NCBI GenBank assembly: GCA_024409235.1
Contig: JAKSUA010000013.1
Coordinates: 808 to 64,807 of the forward strand
Direction of reading: 5' to 3'
DNA from: Bacteroidales bacterium
Lineage (GTDB): Bacteria; Bacteroidota; Bacteroidia; Bacteroidales; UBA1715
Length of the DNA stretch: 64,000 nucleotides
Shown: positions 39,401-48,400 of the stretch, one piece after another
How positions within the stretch are numbered: position 1 is the stretch's first letter
Layout: every line of letters starts with the position of its first letter
Translations under genes and position numbers: made by a program
Notes under the pieces: generated by a model
Told to the model about the DNA's origin: nothing
Database searches by the model: none
The model's input: only the letters and a program-made list of their open reading frames with translations

Positions 39401-42198
39401 CTGAAGGTAGTGAAGAATGGACAGAACGTGATCCAGCAAAATCTGAATTTAGATTCTATACAAGTACAGATAAAGATGTTGCATATAGTGCAACAGTTTC
39501 TGAAGGTGAAAAATATGATCCTAAGAATGAATTAACAGCTGCAGGCGTGTATTCTTATTATGTAACAGAATACAATTCTGAACCATTGGCAGGATTGACA
39601 TTCAATGAAGGATGTGAAAGCCAGAAGGTTAAAACAACTGTAACTGTGAAGGAGACTGAAGCTCCTAAGATTTCTCCAGAGAGTGATGCTGTATGTGAAG
39701 GACAGAATGATAAGCTTAAATTTAAATCAACTTTGAATTCTAATGTAACACCTTCATATTGGTATGAGGAAGATCCAGGTGCTTATGGTATTCCAACTGC
39801 AGAAGGAACTGTTGAGCAGCAAATGTATTACACTCCAAAACAGGAGGCTCCGGATACATATACAATATATGCAGTACGTTACGTAGATGATTGTTATAGT
39901 CAAAAAGTAACTGCTACATATACAATCAAACCAATTCCTGATGCACCTGAAGTTACAAACAATTCGGTTTGTGAGGAAAGTAATAATGTTGCTGTAACAG
40001 CAGAAGGTTCTACTGAAGATGCAGTAATCAACTGGTATGCTGATGAAAAAGCAACAAAATCATTGCTAAAGAATAGTGCAGAATATATTTCAAAAGAAAC
40101 AGAACCTGAAACATATTCTTACTATGCAACACAAACAATCGATGGTTGTGAAAGTAGTATGAAAACAACAGGTATAGCAAAAGCTCTTTATACTATCATT
40201 GCATTACCTTTACCTCCAAATGTTGATTACAAAACATCTCTTTGTGAATATGATGAAAATCAGGTAATGGTTGCTTCGGATCCAGCTTCTGGAAATCCAG
40301 TTGATAGCGTATTGTGGTATGCAACTGCAGATTTAGCAGAACCATTAGAAGATGGTGTATATACTAATTCATATACTGTAGAAGATGATGTAATGCTTGC
40401 AGGTATCAAGAGATTCTATGCAACACAAACCGTTAATGGTTGCGAAGGTCATTCAAAAATGATTACGTTTAATGTGTATGTGAAACCAGAATCTCCAAAA
40501 GTAGTTGGTGCAAGTATTTGTCAAGGAGAAACTGATATTCCAACATTATCTACAAACTTAAGTATAGATAAATGGTGGGCTGATGACATGATGACAACTA
40601 AGGTTACGGAAGGTTATACATATACACCAAAAGTTGAAGAAGTTGGTGCTACAGATTTAACATATTACATTACTCGTACACAAAATGGTTGTATTAGTGA
40701 TACCGTACCTGTTACATTGCATGTTATTCCAACACCTTCGTTGACAATAAGTGAGGATGTTTTAGCATGTATTTATGAAGACATACAAGAAATAAAAGCA
40801 GATGACTTTAAACCAGAAATGAACGAGGGTTCTTCTGTAAAATGGCAAGTTGTTAAAGATGGAGTTTCAAAGGCTGTTGCTGATGGAGAAAACCATTCTA
40901 TTACTCCTTCAGACTTGTTGACTGAAGCAACTGTATATACAATTAATGCTTCGTATAAGTATGTATATGATGGAATATTCTGTACAAGTGAACCTGTATC
41001 AATGACATATACATTGAAAGAACGTGCTCGTAAACCAATTGTGTTCACAAAAACAATTTGCCAGGGTGATCAGATTACAGATCTTCAGGCATTGGGTAGT
41101 CCAAATGTTGTATGGAAGAGTTTAAGTGGTACGCTTCCTGAGGATTATCATGGTGTTAAATATCATTTCCAACCAGGTCAAGTTTTGGATACAGGTACAT
41201 ATTACTACGAAATCTATGATTTGAATATGTATGATGAAGAAAACTTGTTGGGATGTGAAAGTATTCATGATACAGTACAAATGGTTGTTGCACCTGGTGC
41301 TCACACTAAATTGTATGGTAAAGATTCTATCTGTGTTGGTTCTGTTGGAGAAAGTTATTATACTCAATATGAAAGCACAAGTCAGTACTTCTGGACTGTA
41401 ACTGGTGATAACTTGAACTATTCTAAAGACGCAGCTTCAATGTCAGTTCGTTATATAGATTGGCTAACTCCTGGAGTTGATACTTTAATGGTGTACGAAC
41501 AAACTTGGGCTGGTTGTGAGGGCTTTGATACATTGATTGTAAAAGTTGCTCCTGTTCCTAAAGCTCATTTCTCATGGTCTATGCCTGGTGCCTCAAATAT
41601 TATAGAATTGGTTGACAGTACAATTCAGGATAGTTTGTGGACTACAGATGAAAAAGGTGAACCGCTTGCTTTGCCTGTAACATATACTATGGCATGGAAC
41701 TATGGACACCAAGGAACTCCAGATAGTCAGATAGATACATTGGTTCCATATAATCAAAGAAATTACCCTCTTCAGGAAGGTGGTTATTTGTATGGTTTCA
41801 ATTGCCCGATATTGACTGTAACTAACGACTTTGGATGTAAGAGTACATATACAGAATGTATTTTTGTAAATATTGCGTCATCAATATATGTACCAACGGC
41901 ATTCTCACCTACAAACCCTGCACATAGTGTAAGGATGTTCCAACCAAAAGGTTTCAATCTTGCAAGCTGCGAAGTATCAGTTTATGACAAATGGGGTAAC
42001 TTGTTGTGGTATTCTGATGAAGTAGAGGATGGTATGTTTGTAGGATCATGGGATGGACGTTACGATGGTAAGATGATGAAGTCTGACATTTATATCTGGA
42101 AGATGGAAGCAACCTTCCTTGATGGTCAAAAATGGCAAGGATTTGATAATGGTAATGGTAAAAAATCGAAATTCGGTAGTGTTACTTTGGTTCGATAA
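30484..42198 (+). CDS. Giant (3904 aa) SprB-like surface adhesin: signal peptide + RCC1 beta-propeller + many Cys-bracketed Ig-like modules + T9SS type B (gliding-motility CHU_C-type) CTD
   Basis: Uninterrupted ORF. The signal peptide starts at Met49 of the track ORF. Domain motifs are in the sub-features below. Confidence 0.9.
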   Translation: MYKFKRLSLVIAALAVSTFSYAQKDLLISGGNAVSSLVCSNNYVYVTGLNSVQEGTGVLGAGSSAKMETKWIRVEAPKDASGVIVNMSQVNSGSGASFVALDCKGQVWGWGGNAYGQTGAGEGSASVIDKPTQVKLGNSPLKNTEYDDGYGHLTNVEVVYAGNANSFAILGEGRYKGRIVAWGGNIANDNFTSCLGTGSNAQAYYPTFCKKLDGSYVEGAIRIFSGDHITMTLLEDGTVWTCGDSAHGDFLGRNARGGKYTGSGGASNAFGMVYLANGEPLSNIKEIACGDGAYLALDGDGYIWSWGNDGWNSCGGTGSNGQGEGGTTPGRVLAGDTDDEDNDGTYLLAKAVGAGQSFGMAVTVTGKPVAWGGGGCKGGYVGNGTETTSQLPVYVQYAKGAVHNDVILINRGDSWGFYGRSDGSMYAWGCAENGQLGNGSTTALLYAQKINPPSGCAFRDPSPVATLSPRSMSVCKSAFQKTKLTCGFTVSSTDLLSAYKITWYKDGNVVLTGDGSKTSYTTEAGEKGLGEYKVVIQYVGKNSGCESYKDGRDSIVISAYEKEFDVVEEMEFCNDEVVAGVTTKNTKAVYSWWGDKDGTELLGKTTGNATGTIDVSAVPYSDTKKTYKTIYVQETALGSGSLIPGTQASRTAASNAVGQSFPSLGLEASTKTTFVSASVYLLPAITRGNDQGNFYDTNEEAAAQYKTLTGSVTFTITVYGTKMVNAKLVANSSDIKKKITYSVPYTYKYEPDKIQSQGQWDNKTQTNVTRYQPIWNGGDVNLPIELIEIPLDVTLEVGTYYFAISGSTTGSMNSNNTKLYELNSSLVGAVDDLSGKVSIYGADSYGNYTNEKSGPLFNFQLNSEQGYCDLVPVKLVESCPCNKPGEFKVVAADDKTYICPDETAVLSFKEVSKPDNATKVVYEWYKGTKKLDNDNQKSLEVAEKGTYTLYAYDKDNPNTASCQFTAEIEITEAPKPTVEIGAGGDYCAGDVVKDIALTFTGSAPFNFTYTENGGTEQKGLAATATGKIEPASTVAAGKVSSEYIYKIASLTDKYCTADAYNGSAIVNIAAVPTATIEASDEEVCAPETITLTGSSNVTGAVLAWGGDGSGATATQTVDGAGSYTYTLVATNTVGKAVCKSETATQTVKIDAKPVVTISSDKTAVCSDGTINVTAVAKIGTDKATDGKYTWTGATGTGATATVTKTATWPNPEEVKVMVDYESKAGCKADQSAPITVTFNPAPTAPTESNKASYCMNPSGADVTLDANAEKNCTLQWYDGTTKLTKAPTISIKSAKTYTYSVTQIYEGCESDPTDITIVVNDKLKPKISINTDELCIGGTTEVTVEDANKYSVTWSGTAATAGFGSTATAKAPTFTAPSVASKTEYTVHVYVENAECDGENEATITVHPTPTVTLAVDDNDICDGETATITATIAGDDNTGSQTVYTWKNAEEESKTSGALTGANTTATDKTETISYSYTSSHGCKAKDVTTTVTVRATPQAPVTEPYTKCLDASEESLDNYVTKAAGATLNWYGKNETGGTASSTAPMGATNKVVSPAENYYVSQTINGCEGARAALPVTINANLEPVITATEASGLEENDGIVCAGTAIVLKSSGNYTEKWFAEGSGSTYLQVTSNAKTFLGTAPAGTYNVKVEVEDENGCKGEASKAITVNAIPVAELSTPDNEHCITETTVQLITATITPSMDGVGTWTNADKKTDKTAEFTPSAKSSGTYKVAYSFVSNDGCSTAKDAEQTMIVNALPTPEITVSNAVVCKDGTTNKDVVTITTKNTIPAGTFSYAVNNGGSVDAANGSFDPTENEAGTYTITLTYTDANGCTNTATDDVTVYAKPTVSITVPSEVCYNNETKSELEPVVSPANGKGTWTGTVSANSNQFDPKSYAAGSQKVTYTYTDPNGCTNSAEENIDVVKVDAPTVSETATVMINTESHTVDGEGTMTATVAVSSDSDVLQWFEGDKGSAGSQVGIDGDDTYTKTVVETTPEGSYPYTVRSYRVLSTGASCYSDSAVTRVVVTKCSAIAPKASDKYICTNDNNPQTELTATKVSTLESSYIAWMSEDPVAKTNDEVKTLLETTEGVDTKIYSPSIEKDGSLNKIKDYVYYVAEYDNVGNCWSAGTKVTIHVVDTPSVKITMNPDYCAYGTDVISIDVAPRTGTLAFKGGSTSMGSLSGFDWTPGDYSGSELEGVFTYSVVSSAYADGTQCTSVPEFKINAHYMDKPEGSTTNWLIKLADQIPDLPAYTENKPVEPVTWYSTSSMSSKIGDDNSSKTYSPGDLSSVVAGLTDYNVSYWVTRTKVVSSDLSCESEPAEVKLILAECPWAAPQVEDIVICSGDTDPLTLIGTPGDLTQATGGKVTGWKWNTTETAGDKNEYSTGLSNVATGTASVTEYMVSYKAEEKNSKAECWSPETKVTVTVNPLPVIEIDEIGTSYEADKPGVLCYNGGTFMATAKVNGAAAAGGTWSSETAGIIDASGIIDPTNSKNAGEPVDGKYTVKYEYTDGNTCYNSEEKDFWVEYPENPETAKYTGIAEPDAVEVTVEARNIDETDIQTATVVTWYRSANAKNKLSDENPWKIGTSVLDPTSVTDGEVTFYVSQTVNGCTSERVPSIVEIVACPWKIVDITPDETCEGTEFSGMTATAMESYNGQTVAPLKWSWSTDADVTSATGTLSGSPVTYKQTDNNTVGRTTYYVRYSAEYDAASYEYGTVDKECWSEVATTTSTVYKNPTVEFAEKSGAVCFTDGAVKVNVKVNLGDDGSGNTNSLEEWTWSTDGSSESFTTKESSYAYFNTLAQDKATKTYEISLYVKDDKGCDNTTTIDAEKRTLEVIYLDAPETEGFYSMTSQEHDVEVKVTTAVADGAVIHWFGDATTMSDSEKKNKNVAESSDKGKTWATGDAYNRTVLKSYFARQYDATANCYSEPTEAIVKIVPCPIPNVIVDAPQACIYDVASGAVAMTVSTGVAPEGSEEWTERDPAKSEFRFYTSTDKDVAYSATVSEGEKYDPKNELTAAGVYSYYVTEYNSEPLAGLTFNEGCESQKVKTTVTVKETEAPKISPESDAVCEGQNDKLKFKSTLNSNVTPSYWYEEDPGAYGIPTAEGTVEQQMYYTPKQEAPDTYTIYAVRYVDDCYSQKVTATYTIKPIPDAPEVTNNSVCEESNNVAVTAEGSTEDAVINWYADEKATKSLLKNSAEYISKETEPETYSYYATQTIDGCESSMKTTGIAKALYTIIALPLPPNVDYKTSLCEYDENQVMVASDPASGNPVDSVLWYATADLAEPLEDGVYTNSYTVEDDVMLAGIKRFYATQTVNGCEGHSKMITFNVYVKPESPKVVGASICQGETDIPTLSTNLSIDKWWADDMMTTKVTEGYTYTPKVEEVGATDLTYYITRTQNGCISDTVPVTLHVIPTPSLTISEDVLACIYEDIQEIKADDFKPEMNEGSSVKWQVVKDGVSKAVADGENHSITPSDLLTEATVYTINASYKYVYDGIFCTSEPVSMTYTLKERARKPIVFTKTICQGDQITDLQALGSPNVVWKSLSGTLPEDYHGVKYHFQPGQVLDTGTYYYEIYDLNMYDEENLLGCESIHDTVQMVVAPGAHTKLYGKDSICVGSVGESYYTQYESTSQYFWTVTGDNLNYSKDAASMSVRYIDWLTPGVDTLMVYEQTWAGCEGFDTLIVKVAPVPKAHFSWSMPGASNIIELVDSTIQDSLWTTDEKGEPLALPVTYTMAWNYGHQGTPDSQIDTLVPYNQRNYPLQEGGYLYGFNCPILTVTNDFGCKSTYTECIFVNIASSIYVPTAFSPTNPAHSVRMFQPKGFNLASCEVSVYDKWGNLLWYSDEVEDGMFVGSWDGRYDGKMMKSDIYIWKMEATFLDGQKWQGFDNGNGKKSKFGSVTLVR
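30568..31830 (+). other. RCC1-repeat beta-propeller region of giant gene 2
   Basis: Recurrent RCC1 blade signatures: GQVWGWGGNAYGQTGAG, RIVAWGGNIAND, GTVWTCGDSAHGDFLG, GYIWSWGNDGWNSCGGTG, KPVAWGGGGCKGGYVGNG, SMYAWGCAENGQLGNGS. Confidence 0.75.
36382..40020 (+). repeat. Four divergent ~900-bp (~300 aa) super-repeats inside giant gene 2
   Basis: Units start at V(L/T/V/I)xW(F/Y) motifs near 36382, 37273, 38179 and 39097 (spacing 891, 906, 918 nt). Each ends a module with ...C(Y/E/T)S(D/E)...V(V/K/E)(V/L/I)(V/I)...C(S/P)... and continues with ...CWS...VT(I/V)xV. Conservation is at the protein-pattern level, not near-identical DNA. Confidence 0.55.
41884..42195 (+). other. T9SS type B C-terminal domain (gliding motility-associated, CHU_C-like)
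   Basis: IYVPTAFSPTNPAHSVRMFQPKG...CEVSVYDKWGNLLWYSDE...GSWDGRYDGKMMKSDIYIWKMEA...GSVTLVR matches the pattern vPNaFtPn.d..N..f ... v.iynRWG.lv ... WdG...G..l..g.Y.y ... G.vtLiR. Confidence 0.8.
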
Positions 42199-42220
42199 GC
42201 ATTACAAATCGTTATAACTT

Positions 42221-42256
42221 AAAGAGGAATTTCAGTTGCGAAGTTCCTCTTTTTGT
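42221..42256 (+). terminator. Intrinsic terminator between giant genes 2 and 3
   Basis: AAAGAGGAA (42221-29) / 14-nt loop / TTCCTCTTT (42244-52), then TTGTTTT. Confidence 0.65.
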
Positions 42257-42358
42257 TTTAAATGGTTGTGTTTGTTTTCAATAGAAGACTGATTCCAAAG
42301 TGTAATATAAACACGTACAAATCAGTGAATTATATTTTGTTTTTATTTATTTTTAATC

Positions 42359-42366
42359 TAATTTTG
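42359..42366 (+). promoter_or_regulatory. TAnnTTTG -7 promoter motif for giant gene 3
   Basis: TAATTTTG lies 36 nt upstream of the ATG at 42402. Confidence 0.4.
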
Positions 42367-42401
42367 AGTGCTTATAATGTGATTTTTCTAAATAAAAAAA
42401 T

Positions 42402-45400
42402 ATGAAAAGATTTTCGTTCTTATTTGTTTTGTTAGTTGTTGTATATCAGGCATTTTCGCAGTCAATTGCGACGGGTTATACGGTAGGAACTTGGTCGGGT
42501 TTCCGTTCTGCGGCAGCGTCTTTCACATTTGATGATGATGCTCCGAGTCATGTGTCGGTGGTTGCACCGGAATTTGATAAGCGTGGTTTCAATGCAACAT
42601 TCAATGTCGTTGTAAATTGGATGAATCAGTCTAGTCAATGGTCTGATTTTCAAAAAATGGCAGCGAAAGGTCACGAAATTGCGAGCCATACGGTTACTCA
42701 CTCGGAAAACACACCATCGTCGGAGTTAAGTAGTTCAAAAACAACTATCAATCAAAAAATCACAGGACAAGATTGTAATACCATTGCGTACCCATATTGC
42801 AATGTTCCGTCAGATGCAAGTGCGTTGGCTGCAAACTATATTGGTGGCCGTATTTGCGATGGTCAAATAATGGGAAAAACTCCAAGTGACTATTTCAGAA
42901 TATCTGCTATCACAACAGGTAGTGAAACAGGTTTCACAAAAGCTGATGACTTCACGTCATCAATGCAATCTGCTGCAAGTAAAGGTGGTTGGGTTGTGTT
43001 TCTAACACACGGAATTACTGGCGAAACCAATGGTAATGCTACATATTCCCCTACTCCTATTAATGCCATTACTGGTGCACTTGATTGGGCGAAGGAAAAC
43101 GATTCTAAAATATGGGTTGCTACTTTCCGCGATGCAATTTTGTATGCAAAAGAACGCGATGCGCTATCGTTGTCAGAGAAAAAAGTAAGTTCTACAAACT
43201 ACCAACTTACTGCAAGTGTAGGCATTACAAGTTCAGTTGTTACATACGATTATCCAATAACTGTTCGTCGTGAAATGCCAAGTGGTTGGAAAAATTTTGC
43301 GGCTTCAACTGGTGGAAAGGACATTTCGGTAAAAACAGTGACTGTGGGTTCAACAAAATATGCTCAGTTTGATGTTGTTCCTGGAAAAACATATTCTTTG
43401 GAAGATCGCGAAAGTGAATATACAGAAGAAGGTGAAACTGTTGAAGTTCCAAAAATGAAAAATCTCATTGAAAATGGTGAGTTTGATGAAGGAACAAGTT
43501 CATGGCAAACACAAACAGGTGATGATGCAAAATGTACTTTGACAGCGACTACAACGGCAGGTTTATCTGGTGCAAATGCAGTCCAATTATGCCCAGATGG
43601 CAATTATGGAACAGAAAACTGGCATATACAAGTATATCAAAACGTAGAATTAGAGGGTGATGTGGAATATACGCTATCATTTAGCGCCAAAGCTTCTACT
43701 GCAAGGAAATTGTATGTGATGGTGCAAAAAATTGCTGCAGATTATGATACATACTTGTATCAGGAATGTGATTTGACGACAACTGCCAAAGATTTTGAAT
43801 TTACTATGGTAGCTCCATCTGATGTTGCTATGGATTCAAAGGTTACATTCTGTATTGGTGGTTCTGATGGTTGTGTTATGCTTGACAAGGTGTTCTTTGG
43901 TTATGAAAATCAGTCAAGTTCAGAAGGTGGAGGCGACAGACCATCATACGATGTAGAGGTTTCTGGCGGAATTGAAAAATATTTTGTTGACAAGGCGTAC
44001 ATCGGACCAAGTTGCGATGCTCTTCCTGGTGAGGAAGTAACTAATGGTGCATATTATACTGGTGAATACACTAACTTGTTTGTTAAATATCTTGGTAAAA
44101 CAGAAGCGCAGGTTCAAGCAAAAATGAAAAGCGTTTGGGATCATTTCTATACACCAAATGGTCAAAACACGGTGTATTATGAGGCTGGAAGTGACATGGC
44201 GTATATCTATGATACTGGTAACCAAGATGTTCGTACCGAAGGTCAGTCATATGGTTTGATGATCTGCGTTCAAATGGGGGACCAAGAAAAATTTGACAAA
44301 TTATGGCGTTGGGCAAAGAAATATATGCAATATAAATCTGGTGATGCCCGCGAAGGTTTGTTTGCTTGGCAATGCGAAACTAATGGTACTATCAAAGGTG
44401 CTTCTTCTGCTCCTGATGGTGAAATGTATTTCTTGACAGCATTGTTCTTCGCTTCTCACCGTTGGGGTAACGATGGTGCTATCAATTATGAAGAAGAAGC
44501 ACAATATCTTGCAAAATGTCTTTTGAATAAGAGTGGTAGAGGTAATGGTCAAGTTAGTCCATTGTTCAACAAGAGTAACTATCTTGTAACATTCGGTGAA
44601 ACTTCGTATGATTTTTCTGACCCTTCATATAACTTACCAGGTTTCTTGGAATTGTGGGCTCGTTGGATAAATACAAATACTGATTTCTGGGTAAAAACTC
44701 CACAGGCAGCTCGTGATTTGTTGTACAACTCAGCTCATAAAACGACAGGTTTGTATCCTGATTATTGTAACTTTGATGGATCGGGTTATTATCCTAATTG
44801 GGCTGGATACAATACAAGTATTTACAAATATGACGCTATCCGTTGTCCTATGAATGTTGGTATGGATTATCATTGGTTTGCTGCTGATTCTCGTCAGGAA
44901 ACAATGATGTACAACATTTTGAATTTCTTTAAGAAAGATGGTTATTCACACGCGTACTTTAATGTTGACGGAACGGGTGCTGATGGCTATTATTCAGAAG
45001 GTCAAAAAGGAGCAAATGGTGTGGGCGTATTTGGTTTGACTGCGGGAAATGAAGCATTGGCAAAAGAAAATCTTCAAAAACTTTGGGATGTAACGCCTCC
45101 AACAGGACAATGGCGTTATTACAATGGTATGGTGTATATGCTTTCTATGCTTCACGCAACAGGAAACTTCCGTATTTTCAAACCAACACCTGAGGTTGTT
45201 GTTGAAACTCTTTCTGGACCTGCTCCTGTAATTTTTAATGAAGAAGAATTTACGAAAGATACTACTTTCAAAACATTGATAGACTGTAAGATTTACGATG
45301 TAACTATCACTATTGAGGAATCTGCTGCAACATATACAGTAACATTTGAAGATTATGACGGCACAGAATTGAAGTCGGAAGAAGTTGCTGCTGGCGATGC

Positions 45401-48400
45401 TGCTACTGCACCTACAGAACCAACAAGAACGGGTTATACATTCAAAGAATGGGATACAGATTTCTCAAATGTAACAAAAGACTTGACAGTGACTGCGGTG
45501 TATGACATCAATACATACACGGTTACATTTGTTGACTACGATGGTTCTACAATAGACGAACAAACTGTTGAATATGGTAGTGATGCTTTTGCACCAACAG
45601 AACCAACTCGTGAAGGGTATGAATTTGATGGTTGGGACAAAACATTTACAAACATTACGAAAGATGTTGTTGTAACAGCTACATATACAGAAAAAGCAGT
45701 TCCGTCATCGTTAAAATATGAAGCCGAAGATGCAATTGCTTCTGGAACAACAACTGCATCAAGTTCTGCTGCTTCCAATGGTAAGTACGTAAAAATGCAA
45801 TCTGGAAACTTAACATTTAATGTGACGGTTGAAAAAGCTGGCATATATGATGTTACGATTGTATATTCATTAACAGAAGATTACAAGGCTCAAAATTTGG
45901 AAGTGAATGGTGTGCAGGTTGGTACTTTGGCTTTCAATAAATCGGGTAGTGCAAATCCTACTTTTTCAAGTATTACCGCGGCTGCTGCATTGAATTCAGG
46001 TGCAAATACTATAGCGATTACAAATAGCTGGGGATGGGTTGATATAGATTATATTGAATTATCAACTCACGAATCAGTGAAATTCAATATTGATGCTAAT
46101 CTTGTTATAGAAAACCCTACATCGGGAACTGTTGAATTGTATGAATTCTTAAAGAAGAATTTTGGCAAGAAAACTATCAGTGGTGTAATGACATTGGATA
46201 TGCCAGACAATGCATCGTTCAAACAACAACCAGATGTTTCATACATCTATGATAAGTCAGGAAAATATACGGCATTGGTTGGTTTTGACTTTATGCAATC
46301 GGTAGGTAAGGGAACAGATTGGGCTACTACCTACAATAAAACTATGATTGCAATGGCAAAAGAATTATGGAACGAAGGTGGTATACCATATTTCACTTGG
46401 CACTGGCGTGACCCGACAAAAAGCACAAGCTCATTTAATACAAGTGGTGTGTCATTTAGTTTGAAAGACGCATTTACTGATGCAAGTTGTACAAAATGGA
46501 ATACGAATTCTACTTTATATAAAGGAATTATTGCCGACCTTGATGTGATTGCAAATCATTTGTTGGATTTACAAAATGCAGGTGTTTCTGTTCTTTGGCG
46601 TCCATTGCACGAAGCAAGTGGCAAATGGTTCTGGTGGGGTGCCGAAGGTGCTGAACCATACAAACAATTATATTATTTGTTGTTTGAAAAATTGACTAAG
46701 GAATATGACTTGCATAACTTAGTTTGGGTATGGAACTCAGATGGTACAGATGCAGATTGGTATCCAGGTGATAATTATGTAGATATTGCTGGCCGCGATT
46801 TTTATTATCAAGCGCCAAACACCTATAATCACTCTTCGTTAGTGACAGAATTTGAGGCTGTTGCGAAGGTTGTTAATGGTAAGAAAATTGTAACCTTGGC
46901 TGAATGTGGCGCTGTTCCTTATCCACAAAATATGGACGAAGACGGTGCAATGTGGTCGTGGTTTATGCCTTGGTACGACGAAGGTGATATAAAATATGTG
47001 TCTTCCGATGACCATAACAAAGCATCTGACTGGGATTTAATAATGAACGACGACAGAGTTATTACTTTGGAAGATATGCCAGGTTGGGGTTCTGTTTTAG
47101 CTACAACATACACTGTTACATTCGTTGATTATGATGGAACAGTTCTTGACGAACAAACAGTTGAAGAAGGTGAAGATGCTGTTGCACCAGAAGAGCCAAC
47201 ACGCGCTGGCTACACTTTCAAAGAATGGGATACAGACTTTACAAAAGTAAGTGAAGATTTGACTGTTACGGCTGTGTATGTTGAAAAAGCAAAAGCAGAT
47301 TATACAGCGTTGAACAAAGCAATTGCTGATGCGGAAGCACTTGAAACAACAGGTTTCACAGCAGCAACCGTTGCAGCATTGCAAAATGCATTAACTGCTG
47401 CAAAAGCAGTAGATACAGACTTGTTGGCAAAAGACCAAGCAACAGTAGATGCTGCAACAAAAGCGTTGACAGATGCGATGGCTGCTCTTGCAGTTCAAAC
47501 ATTTACTGTAATTTTCGTTGATTACGATGGAACAACAATAGATGAACAAACTGTTGAATACGGTCAATCAGCAACAAAACCAGCAACGGATCCTGTTCGT
47601 AACGGATATGTATTTTCTGGTTGGATAGGTTCGTATGAAAATGTAACTGCTGATGTAACAGTACAAGCAAGTTACACAGAAAAAGGCAAAGCTGATTATA
47701 CAGCATTAAACAATGCAATTGCGGCTGCTGAAAAGCTTGAAACAACAAGTTATACTGATGCAACAGTTGCAGCCTTACAAAAAGCTTTAACTGCAGCAAA
47801 AGCAGTAGATACAGATTTGTTGGCGGAAGACCAAGCAACAGTAGATGCTGCAACAAAAGCGTTGGAAGATGCAATGTCTGCTCTTGCAGTTCAAACATTT
47901 ACAGTAACATTCGTTGATTATGACGGGAAAGTTATTGATGCACAAACAGTTGAATATGGTGCTTCGGCAGTAGCTCCAAAAGAACCAAGTCGCAACGGCT
48001 ATACATTCTCGGCTTGGGAAGGTTCTTACGAAAAAGTAACAGAAGATGTTACTATCACAGCAACATATACTGCAAAAGAGAAAGCTGACTATACTTCTTT
48101 GGATAAGGCAATTTCAAGTGCGGAAGCTTTGGAGGCAGAAAAGGATAAGTATGCTGACGACACATGGAAAGTATTGCAGTCGGCATTAGCTGCAGCAAAG
48201 GCTATTGATAGAAATTTGTATAAGGATAATCAGAAAAAAATTGATGATGCAAAAGATCTTTTAGTGTCTGCAATTTCAACATTGTCGGTAAAATCATTTA
48301 CGGTAAAATTTACTGCTGACGAAAAAATTATTTCAGAACAAATAGTTGAATATGGAAAAGATGCAGAAGCACCATTCAATCCAACAAAAGAGGGATACGA

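Noticed and set aside
32527-41367. Antisense ORFs (75-91 aa) inside giant gene 2
   Set aside because: Same reasoning: these are shadow ORFs opposite a well-supported 11.7-kb coding frame.
42462-47898. Antisense ORFs inside giant gene 3, including the 131-aa Leu/Gln-rich ORF at 47503-47898
   Set aside because: The Leu/Gln-rich translation is the complement of the Ala/Lys/Thr-rich FIVAR repeats. It has no start context or domain signal.
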